Shown in pieces: positions 1 to 8,132 of a stretch of DNA of 64,000 nucleotides (position 1 is its first letter; each line of letters opens with the position of its first letter). Under the pieces are notes generated by a model. That model was not told the origin of the DNA. It saw only the letters and a list, made by a program, of their open reading frames with translations, and did not search any database. The stretch is taken from positions 68,821-132,820 of the forward strand of contig JAGONM010000002.1 of the NCBI GenBank assembly GCA_017993055.1, in the 5' to 3' direction. Source of the DNA: Armatimonadota bacterium (GTDB lineage: Bacteria > Armatimonadota > UBA5829 > DTJY01). The translations under genes were made by a program, and so were the position numbers.

Positions 1-2
1 AC

Positions 3-437
3 ATGACCGTCGCCTCGTTCGTCGTGCTCGATCAGAACGCGCCGGTCGTCAGACGCCGGGCGTCCCTCCCCGTGAAGAAGACGGAGAGGTTCGCTGCCAA
101 ACCTGAGACGACGGAGCCGGACAAACCTGAGGCCGCCAACCAGCAGGCGAAGGGGTCGGTCGCACCCGTCGCGAGGCCCGCTGCAAGATCGGCCTCGAGT
201 CCGCCGGAGGCAAGGTCCCCCGTCAGACCCATGGCGAAGCCCGATCGTTCGGAACGCCCGCGTTCTGAGGAAACCACGTCAACTCGTCCGGAGAAGCCGG
301 CAAGGGCGAAGAACGGCAAATCCGACGCGGGTGAAGTGCGGACAGGCAGCAGAGCCGCGCCGTCGTCGGATGGGATGGATGCACAGACGATGGGCATTCG
401 CCGCGCTCCAAAGGAAGCCGGTGGAGGTGCGAAATGA
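3..437 (+). CDS. C-terminal fragment of a hypothetical Pro/Ala/Arg-rich low-complexity protein (gene starts upstream of window)
   Basis: ORF is open at window start. Its stop overlaps the next start (ATGA at 434-437), which suggests translational coupling into the secretin operon. No domain recognised. Confidence 0.3.
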   Translation: MTVASFVVLDQNAPVVRRRASLPVKKTERFAAKPETTEPDKPEAANQQAKGSVAPVARPAARSASSPPEARSPVRPMAKPDRSERPRSEETTSTRPEKPARAKNGKSDAGEVRTGSRAAPSSDGMDAQTMGIRRAPKEAGGGAK

Positions 438-1132
438 GCATGCTCGAACGCCTGCGCACGACGGAGATAACTCCCCGTAAGGCGGCCTATGCCGTGGCCG
501 CCATGGTGGTCGTGCTGGCCGGGTTGGTCTACGCAGTGAGCCGAATGGCCGCCGCGCCTCCGGGGCGGGAAGAACTCACGCCCGCCTCGCAGAGAGCCGG
601 CGGCGTCAGGGTCACCGTTGATGAGAAGAAGGCAGGCGCCGCGGCGCCCGAGGTCCGCCCCCAAGTCGGCGATCCCTATGCCGTCATCGCGCAGAGGAAT
701 CTCTTTCAGGCCGTGAACGTCGGCGCTTCGGCCGCGTCGGGCGGCAACCAGTCGAGGGGCGCCTCCGGCGCGACGAGGCCGACCCCGGCACCCTCTCCGG
801 TTCTGCCGCCGATGCCGGTCGCCCCGATGGGCAACATTGACGAGACCAGGAAGAACGTCGCGTTCACGGGTTCGGTGAGAATAGGGGGCGTCGAGCAGGC
901 ACTGATCGAGAACCTGCAGACCAAGGAGTGGCGCTACGTGAGCCAGGGTCAGAGCGCTTTCGGCTACCGGGTGATGACGGTCAGCCCGCAGTTGATCGTG
1001 CTGGAGAAGAACGGCCTGCAGTTCGCTCTCTCGATCGGTGAGAACAAGACCGACGCCCCGCCCGCCGCTGCGAAACCGGGCGGCGATCAGAAACCTGAAG
1101 GGGGCGGCCCTAAACCGCAGCCGAGCGGCTGA
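434..1132 (+). CDS. putative pilus/secretion-system assembly protein (PilP/GspC-like): N-terminal TM helix, Pro-rich linker, C-terminal beta domain
   Basis: N-terminal hydrophobic helix (AAYAVAAMVVVLAGLVYAV), then a Pro/Ala-rich low-complexity region and a short C-terminal folded region. Lies immediately upstream of a secretin on the same strand. Confidence 0.35.
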   Translation: MSMLERLRTTEITPRKAAYAVAAMVVVLAGLVYAVSRMAAAPPGREELTPASQRAGGVRVTVDEKKAGAAAPEVRPQVGDPYAVIAQRNLFQAVNVGASAASGGNQSRGASGATRPTPAPSPVLPPMPVAPMGNIDETRKNVAFTGSVRIGGVEQALIENLQTKEWRYVSQGQSAFGYRVMTVSPQLIVLEKNGLQFALSIGENKTDAPPAAAKPGGDQKPEGGGPKPQPSG

Positions 1133-1164
1133 CGCGATGCGCGTCTCATAGGAAGGAAACAGAT

Positions 1165-3519
1165 ATGCGCCGACTGTCAATCATATTCGTAGTACTCGTC
1201 TCGTCGGGCCTCTTCGCGCCGGCCCTCGCCCAGAACGCCGGAGGCAGGCGCCCCGGCGCCGGCGGTATGCCTCCGGCCTCGGTGGGTCAGCTCCCGGGCC
1301 TTCCGGGTCAGGCGGACTCGGAGCCTGCGGGTCGGCCGAACCCCGCGGCGACTAGGGTCTCGATGAGTTTCGACAAGGCCGACGTCATCAGCGTCGTCAA
1401 GTTCATTAGCACGGCGAGCGGGGTTCCCATAGTGTGCGATCCCGCCCTAACCGGCAACGTGACCATCGTCAGCCAGAAGGAGATCCCGCTCGCGGATGCC
1501 TATGAGGTCGTCAACGCCGCGCTTCGCGTGAGGGGTTACCTGATGGTCGGCACGTTCGAAGACAAGGTCATCCGCGTGGTCCCGCTGAAGAAGGCGGTCT
1601 CCGACCAGGCCGTCGTTCAGGAGGGTAAGGATCCGGGATCCATCGTTCCCAGCGACAACATGGTGACGCAGGTCATGCCGCTGGAGTACATCAGCGCCCT
1701 GAAACTGAAGGACGATCTCAAGCCCCTCATTGATGAAGCCCAGGCGAGCTGCGTTGCCATTACGACGACGAACACCCTTATCGTTACGGACAACGCCGGA
1801 AATATCAGGCGCATCGCGGAGATCGTGAAGGCGCTCGACAAGGACACATCCGACGTGATCGAGGTCGAGGTCTACCAGTGCAAGCATTCGAGCGCGGACA
1901 GCCTTGCCGAGACGCTCACCCAAATCTACCAGCTGAAGCCTGCCGGCGCGCCCGGTCAGCAGCAACAGCAGCAGAGAGGTCAGGAAGGCCAGCAGCAGCA
2001 GGTCAAGAGCGACGACGGCATCATCACCCTCAAGGGTGAGATACGCCTCGCGCCGGATACGCGCACCAACAGCCTGATCATCTCGTCCTCCCGGGAGAAG
2101 ATCAAACTCGTGCTCGACACCCTCAAGAAGCTCGATGTTGACACCGAGCCAGAGGTCAAGGCGAAGGTTTTCGCCCTGCAGTACGCTGACGCGAATATGG
2201 TCGCCACCCAACTCAACAATCTCTTCGAGCAGCCGCAGGGCGGCGCCGACACCAGCGGCGGTCGTCGCAATCCCTGGGACTTCTGGTACGGTGGAGGCCG
2301 GGGCCAGGGCACGCCGACCGGGTACGCCGGCCTGAAGCGCAATGTCATAGTCGCCGATATCCGCACCAACTCCGTGATCGTTACGGCTACGGAGCAGAAC
2401 ATGAAGGCGTTCGAGGACATGATCAGGGAACTCGATGCGCCGAGGGTCATTAGCGATATCACCCGCATCTTCTCGCTCAAGTACGCGGCGGCGGTTGACC
2501 TGGCGGACAGCCTGAACCGTCTGTTCCGAGGCGAGTACCGCCGAACGGGCAGCTTCTTCGACTTCATGATGGGCAACCAGAGTCGGGATGAGGGCGGCCC
2601 CCTCGATCAGTTGAGGAACATCACGGTCGTGGCCGAGGAGAAGACGAACTCCCTGCTGGTCACTGGGCCGGCGCAGGTGTTCGGTGCGATCGAGAAGATC
2701 ATTGAGCAACTCGACCGGCGGACCGCCCAGGTCTACATCGAGGTCGCCATCGTGGATGTCACCCTCGACGACAGCACCAAGTTCGGCATCGAGTGGACGT
2801 GGAGCAGCAAGGAGACCGCGCCGGACGGCACTCCGGAGCAGACTGGGAGCACCGGGTTCAAGCTCTCGGACATAACGACCGGCCTCAAATACAGCGTGAT
2901 CAGCGACAACCTGAAGGGCCTCCTGCAGGCGCTCCAGACGCGGTCCAACGTGAAGGTCTACTCGACGCCACGGATCACGACCGCCGACAATGTCGAGGCG
3001 ACGATCAGCATCGGCAAGGAGGTGCCTTACATCTCGTCCTCACAGGACACGAACGCGGGCAATGTCCTTCGTTCCGTGGAGTTCAAGCCGGTCAACGTCT
3101 CCCTGGTCGTTACGCCCCACGTCAACGAAACCACCGATGTGATCGCGCTCGACGTGCTGCAGACGATAGACGAGATCATCGGCAACGAGCCCGAAATGAA
3201 CGCGCCAATCATCGCCAGCAGGCGGGCGGAGACTTCCATACTCGTGAAGGACGGGCAGACGATCGTCATCGGAGGTATCATCAAGGAGAACCGCCAGAGG
3301 GTCACTACGGCGGTCCCGATCATCTCGCAGATCCCGCTGATCGGTGAGCTGTTCAAGTCCCGGGACTGGAAGAACGAGAAAAGCGAGCTGATGGTCTTCC
3401 TGACACCGCATATCCTGGTTGATGACGATGCGATAAGCGTGCTCACTGAAGAGACCAGGAATGAGCTCACCAATAAGCCGAAGGTGGATGAGAAGGAGTT
3501 CAGCGCTCCCAAGGAGTAA
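1165..3519 (+). CDS. outer-membrane secretin, GspD/PilQ family (type II secretion / type IV pilus)
   Basis: Signal peptide MRRLSIIFVVLVSSGLFAPALAQ. N0/N1-type domains (NTLIVTDNAGNIRRIAEIVKALD). C-terminal secretin signature (TPRITTADNVEATISIGKEVPYI ... QTIVIGGIIKENRQRVTTAVPIISQIPLIGELFKSRDWKNEKSELMVFLTPHIL). RBS GGAAGGAAA 8 nt upstream of ATG. Contains a poly-Q linker (QQQQQQRGQEGQQQQ). Confidence 0.9.
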   Translation: MRRLSIIFVVLVSSGLFAPALAQNAGGRRPGAGGMPPASVGQLPGLPGQADSEPAGRPNPAATRVSMSFDKADVISVVKFISTASGVPIVCDPALTGNVTIVSQKEIPLADAYEVVNAALRVRGYLMVGTFEDKVIRVVPLKKAVSDQAVVQEGKDPGSIVPSDNMVTQVMPLEYISALKLKDDLKPLIDEAQASCVAITTTNTLIVTDNAGNIRRIAEIVKALDKDTSDVIEVEVYQCKHSSADSLAETLTQIYQLKPAGAPGQQQQQQRGQEGQQQQVKSDDGIITLKGEIRLAPDTRTNSLIISSSREKIKLVLDTLKKLDVDTEPEVKAKVFALQYADANMVATQLNNLFEQPQGGADTSGGRRNPWDFWYGGGRGQGTPTGYAGLKRNVIVADIRTNSVIVTATEQNMKAFEDMIRELDAPRVISDITRIFSLKYAAAVDLADSLNRLFRGEYRRTGSFFDFMMGNQSRDEGGPLDQLRNITVVAEEKTNSLLVTGPAQVFGAIEKIIEQLDRRTAQVYIEVAIVDVTLDDSTKFGIEWTWSSKETAPDGTPEQTGSTGFKLSDITTGLKYSVISDNLKGLLQALQTRSNVKVYSTPRITTADNVEATISIGKEVPYISSSQDTNAGNVLRSVEFKPVNVSLVVTPHVNETTDVIALDVLQTIDEIIGNEPEMNAPIIASRRAETSILVKDGQTIVIGGIIKENRQRVTTAVPIISQIPLIGELFKSRDWKNEKSELMVFLTPHILVDDDAISVLTEETRNELTNKPKVDEKEFSAPKE

Positions 3520-3551
3520 AGCACAGTAAGGCGAAGTCGCAGTTAACAGCC

Positions 3552-3583
3552 AGATGGCCTCGGGCTTCCGTCCGAGGCCATCT
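3552..3583 (+). terminator. putative intrinsic terminator hairpin after the secretin gene
   Basis: Inverted repeat AGATGGCCTCGG-(8 nt)-CCGAGGCCATCT 30 nt after the stop codon. It is followed by TCGGTTCGGGCTTC, only weakly U-rich, as is typical of high-GC genomes. Confidence 0.4.
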
Positions 3584-3612
3584 CGGTTCGGGCTTCACAA
3601 GGAGAGACGACC

Positions 3613-4854
3613 ATGAAAGAACCTGGGAGCAAAGCGACATTGACTCGAAGGCGCTTCCTGCAGGCCGGCGGCGCGGCGTTGGTCGGCATGACCGTAGCGC
3701 CCCGGATCGTGACGGCTCAGTCGGAGAGGAGTGCATCCGTGAAAAAGGTACGCATCGGCATAGTCGGCGGGAGGTTCGGCGCGACGTTCCAGTTCCACGA
3801 ACACCCGGACTGCGTGGTTCAGGCCGTCAGCGATCTCCGGGCCGACAGGCTGGAGACCCTTGTCAAGACCTACGGCTGCACGAACACCTATCCCTCGCTC
3901 GAAGAGCTCATCAAGGCGAAGGATATAGACGCCGTCGGGGTTTTCACCGGCGCGCCCGATCACGTCCGCCACGCCGTCGCATGTATGAGGGCGGGCAAGC
4001 ACGTGATCAGCGCCGTCCCCGCGTGCATGACGCTCGACGAGGCGGAGGACCTGCTCGACACCGTGAAGTCCACCGGCCTGAGCTACATGATGGCGGAGAC
4101 GAGCTACTGGCACCCCGCCGTCATCACCGCGCGTCAGTGGATGACGGAAGGCAGGTTCGGCGAGATCTTCTACACGGAGGCCGAGTATCACCACCCAGGC
4201 CTCGATGTGCTCTACGTCGAGGACGGACAGAGAACCTGGCGCTACGGACTCCCGCCGATGAACTACCCGACCCACTGCACCGCCTACCTCGTCGGGGTGA
4301 CCCGGGAGCGGCTTACAAAGGTCTCATGCACCGGCTGGAGCGACGGCACTCAGTACTACAAGGACAATCAGTACAAGAATCCCTTCTGCAACGAGACCGC
4401 GTTCTTCACGACGGACAAGGGACACGGTTTCCGCGTGGCTGTATACTGGAACGTCCCGGCCCGCGGCACCGAGCGGGGCCAGTGGTACGGTTCGAAAACG
4501 AGCCTGTTCGATCCGAATCCCAACGGAGTCGGGGCGGTGATAATCAGGTCCGGCAAGCAGACTGAGAAGGACGATGCCGGTTTCGTCCGCGATCTGCCTG
4601 ATTTCGAGCAGTATGCCCTGCCCGAATACTGGAAGACCGACATGCTCCCCGAGCCGCTTCGCCATGAAAGCGGACACGGCGGATCGCACACCTTCATCAC
4701 CCACGAGTTCATTGACGCTCTCGCGCACGATCGCACGCCCGCCGTCAACATCTACGAGGCGCTCGCTATGACGGTGCCTGGCATCGTGGCTCACAAGTCG
4801 GCCCTGCAGGGAGGGAGGCAGCTCAGGGTTCCGCAGTTCGATCCGAAGGCATAG
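3613..4854 (+). CDS. TAT-exported Gfo/Idh/MocA-family NAD(P)-dependent oxidoreductase
   Basis: Twin-arginine signal (TRRRFLQAGGAALVGMTVAPRIVTA). Rossmann start IGIVGGRFGATFQFH. Typical Gfo/Idh/MocA length and C-terminal alpha/beta domain. RBS AAGGAGAGA upstream. Confidence 0.8.
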   Translation: MKEPGSKATLTRRRFLQAGGAALVGMTVAPRIVTAQSERSASVKKVRIGIVGGRFGATFQFHEHPDCVVQAVSDLRADRLETLVKTYGCTNTYPSLEELIKAKDIDAVGVFTGAPDHVRHAVACMRAGKHVISAVPACMTLDEAEDLLDTVKSTGLSYMMAETSYWHPAVITARQWMTEGRFGEIFYTEAEYHHPGLDVLYVEDGQRTWRYGLPPMNYPTHCTAYLVGVTRERLTKVSCTGWSDGTQYYKDNQYKNPFCNETAFFTTDKGHGFRVAVYWNVPARGTERGQWYGSKTSLFDPNPNGVGAVIIRSGKQTEKDDAGFVRDLPDFEQYALPEYWKTDMLPEPLRHESGHGGSHTFITHEFIDALAHDRTPAVNIYEALAMTVPGIVAHKSALQGGRQLRVPQFDPKA

Positions 4855-4907
4855 GTGCAAGTCGTGGCAGCACGAGTCCCATCTGTCCCATCGTTCCCAT
4901 ACGTCTC

Positions 4908-6032
4908 ATGACGCCGACCGCCGAACTCGCGCTCGACACCATCCACCAGCGTCCGGTGAAGGGCATCCCATCCTGGCTGCTCAATGTCATGGAACACGCC
5001 CACATCGAGCGAATCGCCGGCGTCGCTCCGGGTGACTACGTCAGATGCCCGGAGGAGGTCTACCTCGCGATGCAGCGTGCCCTCGGCACATGCCTCCTCG
5101 ACCAGTACATTCCCGAGAACCCGCTCACCATGGGCGACCACGGCTTCCAGGGCAAGGCTCACGGCGTCACAACCGGCGCTGAGGGAATCGTCCTCGACGG
5201 CATGCTCGTGGACTCGCCGGAAGCAGTCGTCGAGCACATGGAGCGGTTCGTCCTCCCGAAGCTCGTATCCGCTGCTGAGGACTACGATGAGGACGCGAGG
5301 GTGGGGCAGATCCTCGCCAGTGAGCGCGCGATCCAGGAGAAGCTCGGCCCTTCGATCCTGAAGGGTCCGTACGGATTCATCGCCTTCCCCGGCTTCGCCT
5401 ACGGAACCTACGGCTATGTGAACTACTTCTCCGCATACGCCCTCTATCCCGACGTGATCGAGAAGCACTTCTCCCTCCAGGCCGATCTCGCGCTCCGGAA
5501 CAACCGGGCCGCCGCCCGCGCGTTCGTCGAGGGAGACCTCCCGCCGCTCTACCGCCTCGATCATGACATGGCGGACTCGCGAGGCACGCTGGTGAACGTC
5601 GAATCGCTCGACCGCCTATGGTTTCCGCACTTCGCGCGATGCCTCGAACCCGTCCTGAAGACCGGTGTCCGCCTGATCTGGCACTGTGACGGCAACCTGG
5701 TGGAGATGGTTCCGCGCCTGCTCGATGCCGGGCTCAGCGGGTTCCAGGGGTTCCAGTACGAGGACGGCATGGACTACGAGCGCATCTGCCGGATGAAGGA
5801 CCGCGAGGGCCGCGACCTGCTCATCATCGCCGGCTCATCGGTCACGCGCACACTCCCCATGGGCACGCCCCCCGATGTCAAGCGCGAACTCGACTGGCTG
5901 GTCGAACGCGGCCCACGGACCGGCCTCTTCCTCGGCGCATCTAGCTCCATCGTCCCCGGAGTCCCCTGGGAGAACCTCCGCACCCTCATCGAAGGCATGC
6001 AGTACTACCGCAAGCATGGCCGTTCCACGTAG
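4908..6032 (+). CDS. uroporphyrinogen decarboxylase (URO-D)-like family protein (MtaA/UroD-fold), function unknown
   Basis: C-terminal region (RLIWHCDGNLVEMVPRLLDAGLSGFQGFQ ... DLLIIAGSSV) matches the URO-D/methyltransferase 'I-H-CG-N' barrel signature. Length about 370 aa. Confidence 0.5.
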   Translation: MTPTAELALDTIHQRPVKGIPSWLLNVMEHAHIERIAGVAPGDYVRCPEEVYLAMQRALGTCLLDQYIPENPLTMGDHGFQGKAHGVTTGAEGIVLDGMLVDSPEAVVEHMERFVLPKLVSAAEDYDEDARVGQILASERAIQEKLGPSILKGPYGFIAFPGFAYGTYGYVNYFSAYALYPDVIEKHFSLQADLALRNNRAAARAFVEGDLPPLYRLDHDMADSRGTLVNVESLDRLWFPHFARCLEPVLKTGVRLIWHCDGNLVEMVPRLLDAGLSGFQGFQYEDGMDYERICRMKDREGRDLLIIAGSSVTRTLPMGTPPDVKRELDWLVERGPRTGLFLGASSSIVPGVPWENLRTLIEGMQYYRKHGRST

Positions 6033-6171
6033 GAGTCGGGTGTTGGGGAATAGGTGCTGGGTCGGCTTACGGTTGATACCCCGAATCAGCCATCCTGCAG
6101 GAGACAGATCGTTTCATGGCGAATGATGTCGAGGTGTGCGCTGCTTAGGAGCACCGGTGGAGGAACTACCC

Positions 6172-6837
6172 ATGCGCTATCCCGCCTTGATCGAGCTTCA
6201 GAAGGAAGTTGTGGCGTGCCGTGCAGCGGCGATCGCCGACGCATCGAACGAGTGTCATGCCGTCACCAAGTACAAGTGCGCAGGTGACTGCGGCCCGATG
6301 ATCACAGTACCTTGGGCTGACCAGATCGATTATCCGGTTCAGGTGCTGACGGTGGGCATCAATCCCAAGTGGACAGACCATCCGGATGAGGCGCAGAAGC
6401 GCATACCTAGAGGAGAGATCGACGGGCCGAAGGCTTTCGACAAATACAAGGAGACCATTCTGAGCGGCTTGCCCGAGGGGACGGGTGTCGCTCACGTCGA
6501 ATTGGTGCAGTGTGGAAGCAAGTACGGAAGACAGGCCAATCGGGTGATCGGCACTTGTCGCAAGAAGTTCTTTGACAAAGTGGTAGCCGAAGTGAAGCCC
6601 AGGGTGATAGTGCCGATAGGAAAGTGGGCATGCGAGCATCTGTACTGGTACAACACGGCTAGCGGCAAGTCCGGTCGTCCCTGTGGCAGCATGCGAGCGC
6701 GACACGGTACGAGCGATCGGGCATGTATCGCCGGGCATGAGTGTGCTATCGTGTTTGTCCTCCAGCCCAGCTGCGGGGTTTCGCACGAAGAGCGGCGAAC
6801 CGCCCGAGAGAGGATCGCCCAGGTGTTTATAGGCTGA
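6172..6837 (+). CDS. uracil-DNA-glycosylase-superfamily-like protein (GINP-motif; possibly DUF1643/MUG-like), in a lower-GC islet
   Basis: Start refined to the second Met (RBS GGAGGA 7 nt upstream). Motif VLTVGINPKW resembles UDG-superfamily motif A (GINPG in MUG/TDG). The C-terminal ~50 aa look degenerate. Codon usage and GC are visibly lower than in flanking genes. Confidence 0.35.
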   Translation: MRYPALIELQKEVVACRAAAIADASNECHAVTKYKCAGDCGPMITVPWADQIDYPVQVLTVGINPKWTDHPDEAQKRIPRGEIDGPKAFDKYKETILSGLPEGTGVAHVELVQCGSKYGRQANRVIGTCRKKFFDKVVAEVKPRVIVPIGKWACEHLYWYNTASGKSGRPCGSMRARHGTSDRACIAGHECAIVFVLQPSCGVSHEERRTARERIAQVFIG

Positions 6838-6853
6838 GTGCTGCCGGCCCGTA

Positions 6854-6874
6854 CATCGCCACTGAGTGGCGATG
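6854..6874. repeat. GC-rich hairpin CATCGCCAC-TGA-GTGGCGATG downstream of the UDG-like gene
   Basis: Perfect 9-bp stem seen directly in sequence. No U-tract on the + strand, so function uncertain (weak terminator or islet boundary). Confidence 0.4.
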
Positions 6875-6886
6875 CAGAATGTCGCC

Positions 6887-6920
6887 AAAATGAAAACGGG
6901 ATGGAGTGCAACTCCATCCC
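6887..6920 (-). terminator. intrinsic terminator of the 14-kb hdr/glt/met operon (hairpin + U-tract on - strand)
   Basis: Perfect 10-bp stem GGGATGGAGT-GCA-ACTCCATCCC at 6898-6920. On the - strand it is followed immediately by GTTTTCATTTTGG (complement of 6887-6897). Lies 43 nt downstream of the metV stop. Confidence 0.55.
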
Positions 6921-6962
6921 GAACAACACCAGTCACACTCTACACTCACCACTCCCGACTCC

Positions 6963-7643
6963 TCACTTCTCAATCCGCTGGTCCTCGCGGACGATCTTCC
7001 TCGCGCCGCCTTCGTGCGACTTCGACCAGTTGGCGAGGGGAGCGGGCTCGGCAAGGCGGTCGAGTTGTCCGAGCGCCTTCAGGCGGTCGTAGATCAACTG
7101 CCAGGCGCAGTCCATGTCCGGGTCAACCTCGCATTTCCCCTCGCGAGCGCCGCCGCACGGGCCGCTGAGCTGTGCCTTCGAGCAGCGGGTGATCGGGCAG
7201 ACCGCGCCGTAGCTCCCGAGCACGCACGTCCCGCATCCGACGCACTTCTCGGTCCAGATTCCCTGCTGCTGCAGGAGTCCCATGAACAGCGTATCGAGTC
7301 CGGCGTAGACCGGCTTGTTCGGGAACCGCTCCGCGATCGCCTGAACGCCGACACCGCATCCGAGAGAGAGCACCGCGTCGGCCTCGAGTATCTCGTCGAG
7401 CGCGTCCTCGATGAACTGGTTCTCGCACTGGCGCTCGATTGTGGCCTCGACGATCGTCTGTTCCGACGCGCCCTTGTCCGTCTTGTTCGCGATCCTGAGC
7501 GCGGAACTGATCATCCCGACCTCGCGCTCTCCGCCCGCTAGGCAGACGGTTACGCAAGTGCCGCATCCGAGCACGAGCACGCGCGGGTAATCGGCGAGCA
7601 AGGCCTTCAGGTCCTGTATGTGTTTGCGGTGAGCAACGATCAT
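6963..7643 (-). CDS. metV: methylene-tetrahydrofolate reductase small subunit MetV-like (zinc-ribbon/MTHFR_C-type Cys-rich protein)
   Basis: Cys motifs LGCGTCVTVC, LGCGVGVQ, CVGCGTCV, CPITRCSKAQLSGPCGG...GKCEV are typical of the MTHFR C-terminal-like MetV of acetogen MetFV-HdrABC-MvhD clusters. Start moved from the track start (7679) to ATG at 7643, which has a perfect AAGGAG RBS 6 nt upstream and leaves the 7677-7699 hairpin intergenic. Confidence 0.65.
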   Translation of the reverse strand: MIVAHRKHIQDLKALLADYPRVLVLGCGTCVTVCLAGGEREVGMISSALRIANKTDKGASEQTIVEATIERQCENQFIEDALDEILEADAVLSLGCGVGVQAIAERFPNKPVYAGLDTLFMGLLQQQGIWTEKCVGCGTCVLGSYGAVCPITRCSKAQLSGPCGGAREGKCEVDPDMDCAWQLIYDRLKALGQLDRLAEPAPLANWSKSHEGGARKIVREDQRIEK

Positions 7644-7676
7644 GTCAGACTCCTTTGGGGGAGTGGTCGAGGCCGT

Positions 7677-7699
7677 CATGCTGAACCAAGTTCAGCATG
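7677..7699. repeat. near-perfect palindrome CATGCTGAAC-CAA-GTTCAGCATG in the mvhD-metV junction (intra-operon stem-loop / operator-like)
   Basis: 10-bp arms with 3-nt loop, read directly. A closely related motif recurs at 16584-16634 inside the same operon. Confidence 0.6.
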
Positions 7700-7715
7700 A
7701 CAACGTCCATTACTC

Positions 7716-8132
7716 CTATACTCCAACGCGGACCGGATTCGGTCCCAGGCGCTTGATTCTCTCCGTCATTGTCTCGACTATCTCCGCGAAGCGGTTGCCC
7801 TCAGCCGAAGAGAGGTTGAACATCTCCAGCCGATCGCCCTCGATGCCGGCTTCGGCGAGTACTTCCTTCGCCAGACCGACCCGCTTCTTCGCGTAGAGAT
7901 TGCCCTCCTCGAAGTGGCATCCTCCCTCGAGGCAGCCAGCGACTATCACGCCGTCCACGCCGTTCTCGAAGGCCTTCATGACGTAGTCTATGTCCACCTT
8001 CCCGGTGCACGGGAGGCGCAGGACGCGCACATTCGGCGGATACTGCAGGCGTGTCGAGCCGGCGAGGTCCGCCGCCGCGTATGCGCAGTAATGGCAGCAG
8101 AGAGCAAGGATTCTCGGCTCGAAATCAGTCAT
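7716..8132 (-). CDS. mvhD: MvhD/FlpD-like [2Fe-2S] electron-transfer subunit (methyl-viologen-reducing hydrogenase delta-subunit family)
   Basis: RILALCCHYCAYAAAD ... LPCTGKVD ... AGCLEGGCHF is the characteristic FlpD/MvhD Cys pattern. 138 aa. Start overlaps the hdrA stop. Confidence 0.8.
   Translation of the reverse strand: MTDFEPRILALCCHYCAYAAADLAGSTRLQYPPNVRVLRLPCTGKVDIDYVMKAFENGVDGVIVAGCLEGGCHFEEGNLYAKKRVGLAKEVLAEAGIEGDRLEMFNLSSAEGNRFAEIVETMTERIKRLGPNPVRVGV

Noticed and set aside
32-1180. 382-aa antisense ORF overlapping the partial ORF, the PilP-like gene and the secretin start
   Set aside because: Arg/Gly/Ala-rich low-complexity translation typical of spurious opposite-strand ORFs in high-GC DNA. 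It overlaps well-supported sense genes.
1447-2709. 420-aa antisense ORF inside the secretin gene
   Set aside because: Same high-GC artefact. The secretin reading frame has unambiguous family motifs.
6963-7679. Longer metV start at 7679 (track ORF)
   Set aside because: The ATG at 7643 has a perfect AAGGAG RBS 6 nt upstream. Using 7679 would place the 7677-7699 palindrome inside the start codon region. Both starts kept in mind, 7643 preferred.
7731-7747. Palindrome GGACCGGATTCGGTCC
   Set aside because: Lies inside the mvhD coding sequence. Likely coincidental GC-rich symmetry.
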